Source: Chthoniobacteraceae bacterium (lineage in GTDB: Bacteria; Verrucomicrobiota; Verrucomicrobiia; Chthoniobacterales; Chthoniobacteraceae). Taken from it: a stretch of 55,994 nucleotides of DNA. How positions within the stretch are numbered: position 1 is the first letter of the stretch; every line of letters begins with the position of its first letter. Shown one piece after another: positions 49,814 to 55,994 of the stretch. The translations under genes and the position numbers were made by a program. The DNA lies in the NCBI GenBank assembly GCA_031409655.1, contig JANNXQ010000090.1, positions 1 to 55,994 on the forward strand. The letters are read 5' to 3'. The notes beneath the pieces were generated by a model. The model did no database searches. It had not been told where the DNA came from and saw only the letters and a list, made by a program, of their open reading frames with translations.

Positions 49814-51076
49814 ATGAAATCTCTCACCGTCATTCTCACCGTCAGCATTTCCTCCGCTCACGCCGCAGACAGCAACACCGATCGCGTCGCCGCCGTCGTG
49901 AATACCCCTGGTTGCGTCGCTTTCTGGGACTTCGTGAAGCGCGAGCCGGACGGTCCGCATCGTTTCACGGCGCATGTTCCCAACGGCGCGACAAATGACT
50001 TCGCGCTCGATGCCGGGAACTACATCAAGGATTACTGGGGCGAAGGGCGTGAGGCGACGTATGCGGACTTCCCGTTGCTCGGACGCGGACCATTCGGACA
50101 GGCGACTCGCATTCGCAAGGAGGCGGACTCCACGTTTCGCCCGTTCCTCTTTGTGCCGCGCGCGCGGCTGCATGATTCGCCCATCGACATCAAGGGCGGA
50201 GGCAAGTCGGTGAGCGTCGTCGTGTGGGCCATTCGCGAGAGCGGGAATCACGCGCTGGCGGGCATCTGGCATGAAGGCACCGATTTGAATCATGGGGGCG
50301 CGGCGAAAGTCGTCGCGCGCGGCCAGCGGCAATACGCGCTCTTTGCCGGCCTCAACAAGGAAGGCTCGGCCTGCGGGCATGTGTCGGAGAACGGCGCGAA
50401 GTCCTTTGGCCACATCTACGCCATGCACAAATCCAACTCTAACGGGGTCTCGCCCGCCATGCCTGCGGATTCGCCCGCCGAGGTGCTGGATGCTGCGTGG
50501 CAATGCTTCGCCATGACTTACAACCACGAGACCCACGAACTCACCGGCTGGCTCAATGGCCAGGCCACCGGCCGTTGGCAGGAGAACGTACAGAAAGCCA
50601 TTCCGGTCATTCACAACGCCTGGGTGCAAGGCCACCTGCATCGCGAGCCCGGCGTGCAACCCGGCGAAGACTCGAACTTCCCGACCGATCAGTTCTACAA
50701 TCCGCCCGAGGACAAACCCGTCGTCGTGAAATTGCTCAGCGAGACTGCCGACGAGCGCGTGGAATTGCAGGAGTTCCGCTACGCCCGCGTGAAAGTGACC
50801 CAACGCAAAGCCGCCGCCGGCGCCTGGACTACCACCGCCCGCGACCTTCCCGACGTGCGCCTGAATCCCTGGTGGTATCCGCACGACGCGCTCTACACGC
50901 CCGCCAACGACGGCACCGGCGGCCCCTTCACCATCGGCCGCGTCATCCACAGTTCGCGCAGCGTCGGCTTCACGGGATGGATCGGCGGTGTGGCGGTGTT
51001 CAACCGGGCGTTGAACGCGGAGGAGATGACGAAGCTGTCAGCGATTCGAAGCTACCGGCCATTGATGGCCCGGTAA
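49814..51076 (+). CDS. Secreted LamG/concanavalin A-like jelly-roll protein
   Basis: Signal peptide; VAFWDF, WQCFAMTY..WLNG and FTGWIGGVAVFNRAL..EE. Confidence 0.7.
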   Translation: MKSLTVILTVSISSAHAADSNTDRVAAVVNTPGCVAFWDFVKREPDGPHRFTAHVPNGATNDFALDAGNYIKDYWGEGREATYADFPLLGRGPFGQATRIRKEADSTFRPFLFVPRARLHDSPIDIKGGGKSVSVVVWAIRESGNHALAGIWHEGTDLNHGGAAKVVARGQRQYALFAGLNKEGSACGHVSENGAKSFGHIYAMHKSNSNGVSPAMPADSPAEVLDAAWQCFAMTYNHETHELTGWLNGQATGRWQENVQKAIPVIHNAWVQGHLHREPGVQPGEDSNFPTDQFYNPPEDKPVVVKLLSETADERVELQEFRYARVKVTQRKAAAGAWTTTARDLPDVRLNPWWYPHDALYTPANDGTGGPFTIGRVIHSSRSVGFTGWIGGVAVFNRALNAEEMTKLSAIRSYRPLMAR

Positions 51077-51351
51077 AAGATCCAGCGGAAGCCCTTCAAT
51101 TCTCGAAACATCGCTTTGTCGGCCTGAGCGCAATCAGACACCGCGCACTCGCTTCCCGACACCACTTCTCGCGCTGGCCCTTTTCGGTCGGTTGATTGCA
51201 AATCAAAATTCTTACCGTCCATGCAAACCGAACGCTCATGGACCCCTGCGAGGTCAAAGTCGAAGACAAGAGTATTCCGGCCTGCAGGCTCGTTACCAAT
51301 TTTTACGCTTCCTGTAACCTCGTGCCACCGACGGCTCAGGAAGCCGGTACC

Positions 51352-53349
51352 ATGAATCATCCCAGTCCATCATCCTGTCCCAAGTGCGGTGCTTCCATTC
51401 CTGAGAATGCTCCGCAAGGTCTCTGCCCGAAGTGCGTCCTCGCGGGCGCCGCCGCGGTGCTGGACCCGCCGAGATCCCCGTCTGGGAAAACGCCCACGCC
51501 CACCGTGCAGGAGCTGGCGCCGCATTTCCCGGAACTCGAAATCCTCGAACTGATCGGGGCCGGCGGAATGGGCGCGGTTTACAAGGCGCGACAGCCAAAG
51601 CTCGACCGCCTCGTGGCGCTCAAAATCCTGTCGCACGATCTGGCCGCGGATCCCGCGTTCACCGAACGCTTCAACCGCGAGGCCCGCGTGCTGGCGCGTC
51701 TCAACCATCAGAACATCGTGACGGTTTTTGACTTCGGAACGCAGGGTCCGTTTTGCTTCCTCCTCATGGAATTCATGGACGGGGTGAATCTCCGGCAGGC
51801 GATGCGCACGGGCGGGTTCTCGCCAACGGAGACGCTGGTGCTGGTCCAGGACGTCTGCGCCGCGCTGAAGTTTGCCCACGAGAAGGGCATCCTGCACCGC
51901 GACATCAAGCCGGAGAACATCCTGATCGATGCGAGCGGCAGGGTGAAAATTGCGGACTTCGGCATCGCCAAGATCGTCGGTGAAAATGACCGCGAGAACG
52001 TGACCCTCACGCAGCACGGATCGGTGCTCGGCAGTCCGCGCTACATGGCGCCGGAGCAGTTCGAATCGCCGGGTGATGTGGATCAGCGGGCGGACATCTA
52101 CTCGCTGGGCGTGGTGCTTTACGAGATGCTGACGGGCGAGCTGCCGATCGGCCGGTTCGCGGCGCCCTCGACGAAGTCGGCGATGGACGCGCGGATCGAC
52201 GCGATCGTCATGCGCACGCTGGAGAAGGAGCGCGAACTGCGTTTCCAAACCATTGGTGAAGTGAAGACGCGGATGGAGAACGTCACACAATCGCCCGGTG
52301 TCGGGACGACGGAATCTGTGGGTGCCAGCACCGAGGCGCCTGGTGCCGCGCCAGCTCGCTCGACCGCCCGGTTTGCAACGGTCGCTGCCGTTTGCACGGG
52401 CCTCAGTCTGGCGCTGGCCGTGGTCTTCATTCCTGCCTCGATGTTCAGCCTCAAGGTGGATCCCGGGTATTGGATGATAGTGGTCCTTCAACTCGCACTT
52501 TTCCTCGGTGTGCCGGCAATACTGGGGTTCGACTTTGGCGTGCGCGCCGTCCGAGAGATTCGCAGCTCTGGCGGCAAACTGGCGGGCCTCAAGCGAGCCA
52601 TCGCCAGCGTCCTTTCCTGGCCTGCGCTTCTCGTGATGCTCATGGTGTTCAGCGCCATCTCCATGATGTTTGCCGACAACGGTGTGGCCACCGTTTGGCG
52701 GATGTTGCTTGCTGTATTGCTCCTCGTCACCAGCGGGCTCGGCGTGGTGATGATCGTGCGAATCTTCCGGCGGACGCGCGATCACCGTCCGGCGGCGGGA
52801 AGCGTAGGCGCGCACGTCTGGCGATTCGCTGCCACCGCATCGGTGGCCGCGGTTTGCGTCTTCGCTTATGTCCGCGAGGAGAGAGCGACCAGGGAGGCTT
52901 ACCTCGACCCAACCGGAACCAAGTGGACAATCGGCATGGATATCCTGTCTCGGAAAATGGTGGATTTCCGAGTCGTCCGCATCGACCTGGATGGGAACGA
53001 AACGCCGCTGGGCATCGAAGGCACAATCGCCGCGCCGGTTGGCGGAAACGTTCAGGCAGAGTTTACACTCGTCGCCACAAATCGGTGGAAGGAAAGCTCA
53101 CGCCAGAAAATCGAGGCCGGCTACGAAGTCGCCTCGGGGGAGGCCTACAGAAAAAGCGTGTATCTCGATGACCACTGGAAGTTCACTACTTCGGGAAACG
53201 GGCGATCCCAGATGCTCAGCATGAAACAAGACCGGATGGAAGTCGCCACGCGGAGCAACTGGCTCGGGAAAAAGGTGGAGACACTTTACTTTGAGACGGT
53301 CGCCTCCACGCATACCGAACCCGCTCCGGCGGTGGAAAAGCACCCATAG
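51352..53349 (+). CDS. Membrane Hanks-type Ser/Thr protein kinase with an N-terminal CxxC..CxxC
   Basis: CPKCG..CPKC; IGAGGMGAVY, VALK, HRDIKPEN, DFG, YMAPEQ and DIYSLG; several TM helices. Confidence 0.93.
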   Translation: MNHPSPSSCPKCGASIPENAPQGLCPKCVLAGAAAVLDPPRSPSGKTPTPTVQELAPHFPELEILELIGAGGMGAVYKARQPKLDRLVALKILSHDLAADPAFTERFNREARVLARLNHQNIVTVFDFGTQGPFCFLLMEFMDGVNLRQAMRTGGFSPTETLVLVQDVCAALKFAHEKGILHRDIKPENILIDASGRVKIADFGIAKIVGENDRENVTLTQHGSVLGSPRYMAPEQFESPGDVDQRADIYSLGVVLYEMLTGELPIGRFAAPSTKSAMDARIDAIVMRTLEKERELRFQTIGEVKTRMENVTQSPGVGTTESVGASTEAPGAAPARSTARFATVAAVCTGLSLALAVVFIPASMFSLKVDPGYWMIVVLQLALFLGVPAILGFDFGVRAVREIRSSGGKLAGLKRAIASVLSWPALLVMLMVFSAISMMFADNGVATVWRMLLAVLLLVTSGLGVVMIVRIFRRTRDHRPAAGSVGAHVWRFAATASVAAVCVFAYVREERATREAYLDPTGTKWTIGMDILSRKMVDFRVVRIDLDGNETPLGIEGTIAAPVGGNVQAEFTLVATNRWKESSRQKIEAGYEVASGEAYRKSVYLDDHWKFTTSGNGRSQMLSMKQDRMEVATRSNWLGKKVETLYFETVASTHTEPAPAVEKHP

Positions 53350-53351
53350 CC

Positions 53352-54080
53352 ATGCCGGAAAACTCCACAGTCTCCGCCTTTCACGCCACCCGCTGGACGC
53401 TCGTGATGCAGGCGCGGGGCGATTCCCACGAATCCCGCACCGCGCTCAGCGAGCTGTGCGCGGCCTACTGGAATCCCGTCTTTCATTTCCTCCGCCGCGA
53501 GGGACGCAACGACGACGAGAGCCGAGAGCTCGCGCAGGAGTTCTTCACCCGGCTGCTCTCGGGCGGCGGCATCGAAAACGCCGACCCCGAAAAGGGCCGC
53601 TTCCGCTCCTACCTCCTCGGCGCGCTGAAGCATTTCCTCGCCGACCGCAGACGCAGCGAGGGCCGCGAGAAGCGCGGGGGCGGAGCCGTCATCGAGTCGA
53701 TCGAATCAGCCGGCACCGAGACGTCGCCCGGACTTCAGATCCCCGACCCGACGGGCACGATCCCCGATGCCTACTTCGACCGCGAGTGGGCCCTGTCCGT
53801 GATGGACCGGGCGCTCAAAGCGGTGCAAGCGACCTTCGCGGAGTCAGGAAAAGAGAAGCAGTTCGAGATTCTCAAGCCCTGGCTCATCGGCGACACCGAG
53901 AACCTCCCGCAGACCGCCGCCGCCACGGAACTGGGCATGACCACCGGCGCCATCAAGGTGGCCATTCATCGACTGCGAAAGGGCTTCCGCGACGCCATCC
54001 AGGCCGAGATCGCGCAGACCGTGACCACTCCGGAGGAAATCGCCGAGGAACTCCGTTACCTCATCGAGGTGTTGTCGTAA
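53352..54080 (+). CDS. ECF sigma-70 factor of the kinase-associated PVC type
   Basis: FHATRWTLV, YWNPV, QEFF, GRFRSYLL, FDREWA and IKVAIHRLRK. Starts 2 bp after the kinase stop. Confidence 0.9.
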   Translation: MPENSTVSAFHATRWTLVMQARGDSHESRTALSELCAAYWNPVFHFLRREGRNDDESRELAQEFFTRLLSGGGIENADPEKGRFRSYLLGALKHFLADRRRSEGREKRGGGAVIESIESAGTETSPGLQIPDPTGTIPDAYFDREWALSVMDRALKAVQATFAESGKEKQFEILKPWLIGDTENLPQTAAATELGMTTGAIKVAIHRLRKGFRDAIQAEIAQTVTTPEEIAEELRYLIEVLS

Positions 54081-54167
54081 TCGCTGCTGGGAGCAAATGA
54101 CCAGGCCTCGAAACACGGGCACGACTTCGTTTCGAGGAGAGTAACGGCTGTGCTCCGCTGAGCGAGT

Positions 54168-54189
54168 GGGTTTTTCAACAGGCTGTTAG
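54168..54189 (-). mobile_element. Possible isolated insertion-sequence terminal inverted repeat
   Basis: Minus strand reads CTAACAGCCTGTTGAAAAACCC, resembling IS5/IS1182-type ends as I recall them. No transposase is nearby. Confidence 0.35.
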
Positions 54190-54426
54190 TGTGCCTGGTA
54201 TTCAAAAACACCGTGATCGCCCCGGAAACGCAGCCGCTCCGGGGTCTGCTCCTTGGGCGAGGGTTAGTCTGTTTCTGCAAGATGATGTAACTCCCTGACC
54301 TTTCAGTGCCTCAGCCGCGCGGCATCGTGATTGATCCGCGGCGAACTCTGGCAACTGGCCGACTGGGGCAGAGCTGTGGCGATCTCTTCCAAGGTTGTGA
54401 AGAACCGCGAGGTTACGCAGAACAGG

Positions 54427-55071
54427 ATGTTTTTGATCCGCTGCACTCTCCCCATCGTCTGCCTCGCTGCGCTGCTCACCGCGGCGGCTCAGCCAGCCGC
54501 CACGCCAGTGGATCCGCAGCCGCTCGTCGTCAAAGTGATCGAAGCTGCGGGAGGGGCGGATAAGTTACTGCGGCTTTTCCGGATGAAAGAGAGGTACCAC
54601 TTTGGCGCCCTGCCGGAGCCGGCGAGCGGTAAGTCCTCCACGCGCGACTCGGTGCTCGAGGCGCCGGCCTATTGGTGGGTCGGCAAGAAGGATCGCACGG
54701 ATGAGCCAGCGAAATTTGACGTCTGGGCCTGGACGCTGGTGGCACTGACTGACGATCGCTCAAAGATCGAGGTCGTCCCCGATGTCACGGAGGACGGGCG
54801 CTCGGTGTTTGGGCTGCGGGTCAGTGGGACGATTGATCCGCCGCTGGAGCTTTACTTCGATCGGGAACGCCTGCAACTCGTGCGCACGGATTGGCGGAGC
54901 GATATCTACCGGTTCACGGAGTGGAAGGAGCACGATGGCGCGAAGTACCCTGCGCAGACCATCATCTACAAGAAGGTCGGCGGGAAGCCGTGGTTCTACC
55001 ATGAGATCACGGAGATCGAGCGCCTGCGGGAGCTGCCGGTGGGTTTGTCGCGCGACGCGCCGGCGAAGTAA
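54427..55071 (+). CDS. Secreted hypothetical protein (possible LolA-like beta-sheet fold)
   Basis: Signal peptide; VIEAAGG, LYFD and HDGAKYP pattern. Confidence 0.7.
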   Translation: MFLIRCTLPIVCLAALLTAAAQPAATPVDPQPLVVKVIEAAGGADKLLRLFRMKERYHFGALPEPASGKSSTRDSVLEAPAYWWVGKKDRTDEPAKFDVWAWTLVALTDDRSKIEVVPDVTEDGRSVFGLRVSGTIDPPLELYFDRERLQLVRTDWRSDIYRFTEWKEHDGAKYPAQTIIYKKVGGKPWFYHEITEIERLRELPVGLSRDAPAK

Positions 55072-55139
55072 CAAACGCTGGAGCGCAACCAGGCGAAGAA
55101 GCCAAATACCCTGCGATCGGCACTCCGGACTCCGCCCGC

Positions 55140-55994
55140 TCAGCGCGTGCGGCGCCGCCGGAAAAGAAGCAGACCGCCCGTGAGCAGCCCGGCGGTACTC
55201 GGCTCGGGGACGACAAAGGCACCGAGGATCACAGAATTCCCCGAGACGGTGACGGCGAAGGAGCCCGCCCCATCCGCGGTGAAGACGCGGCCACCGATGA
55301 CATTGCTGAAGGCGCCGTTGATTGCGGCATTCGAGGTAACGATGGTGAAACTATCCGCGGGTTGCACGCTGCTCTGGAAGCCATTGATGAAGCTCACGAG
55401 GAGTTCGCCGCCGAGGGTGAGCGGGATCGTGCCGGATTCGCTGAGCAGATCGTATTGCGCCCCTTGGGTGGTGCCGCCGATTTCGATCTCGAGCTTCGCG
55501 GTGCCGTTGAGGGTGAGGTCGCCATTGATCGCGAGAGTGCCTGGTGAGACGCCCGGCGCGATGGTGTCGGAGTTTGTGACGTTGCCAATCACCGTGCCGC
55601 GTCCTTCGAGGCGTCCGCTCGCGATGATGATCGTGCCAAAGGGCGCAAACGAACCGGCGGAGACGGTGCCATTATCTAGCCGGGTAATCCCGCCAGTCTG
55701 CGTGTAACCGCCGGGCACATTGAGGATGCCGCCATTCTTCGTTTCGAAGAAGCCGGTCTGGACGAGACTGGCCGGGGCGACGGTGAGGGTGCGTCCGCTG
55801 ACCTGGGAGGAGATGAGCCCCTGATTGGTTAGCGTCATCGCCCCGCCGAAGTTCTGGCTGCTGCCGATGCTGCCACCCCCCGAAACGCCGAGCCCGGTCG
55901 CGGTGCGGATGACCCCTGTCGGGCCGATGGTGAAGGCACCCGCAGTGCCATTCATCTCCACATGGCGGACTCCGGCGGCGGCCCCTTCAAAGAG
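55140..55994 (-). CDS. PEP-CTERM surface protein, partial (5' end beyond the window)
   Basis: Frame is open to the window edge; IAPGVSPGTL and LEIEIGG..YD; C-terminal VPEPST-TM-RRRR. Confidence 0.9.
   Translation of the reverse strand, partial: LFEGAAAGVRHVEMNGTAGAFTIGPTGVIRTATGLGVSGGGSIGSSQNFGGAMTLTNQGLISSQVSGRTLTVAPASLVQTGFFETKNGGILNVPGGYTQTGGITRLDNGTVSAGSFAPFGTIIIASGRLEGRGTVIGNVTNSDTIAPGVSPGTLAINGDLTLNGTAKLEIEIGGTTQGAQYDLLSESGTIPLTLGGELLVSFINGFQSSVQPADSFTIVTSNAAINGAFSNVIGGRVFTADGAGSFAVTVSGNSVILGAFVVPEPSTAGLLTGGLLLFRRRRTR

Overview
High-GC bacterial chromosomal window of about 37 genes. The gene content points to a PVC-superphylum organism, most likely Verrucomicrobiota (inferred): four sulfatases, two PEP-CTERM proteins, two DUF1080 proteins, a prepilin-type protein, a PVC-type CxxCH heme protein and a Ser/Thr kinase-ECF sigma pair. 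Housekeeping-type genes are fdhD, a UvrD/PcrA helicase, a CYTH protein, a Tat-exported Mn-type SOD, an NADPH:quinone reductase, a PhzF-like isomerase and TolC. No rRNA, tRNA, CRISPR array or intact transposase was recognised. Four loci stand out. (1) A stand-alone WD40-Roc GTPase-COR-like-Zn ribbon-PD-(D/E)xK (DUF4365-like) nuclease, flanked by a palindromic MITE-like element, a 21-bp repeat and a frameshifted amidase remnant; it is a candidate GTPase-gated defence effector. (2) A ~2000-aa secreted PhoX-like + EEP + endonuclease I protein whose PhoX-like domain splits a cadherin domain, followed by a cytochrome c'-like gene and an HtrA-like protein lacking the catalytic His and Ser. (3) A ~1380-aa internally duplicated membrane protein with a second, internal signal-peptide-like segment, lying between paralogous sulfatases. 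(4) A translationally coupled DUF1573-rhodanese-DoxX/MauE-DUF1080 run between qor and sodA. All domain calls come from motif recognition by eye, not database searches, and start codons are best estimates.
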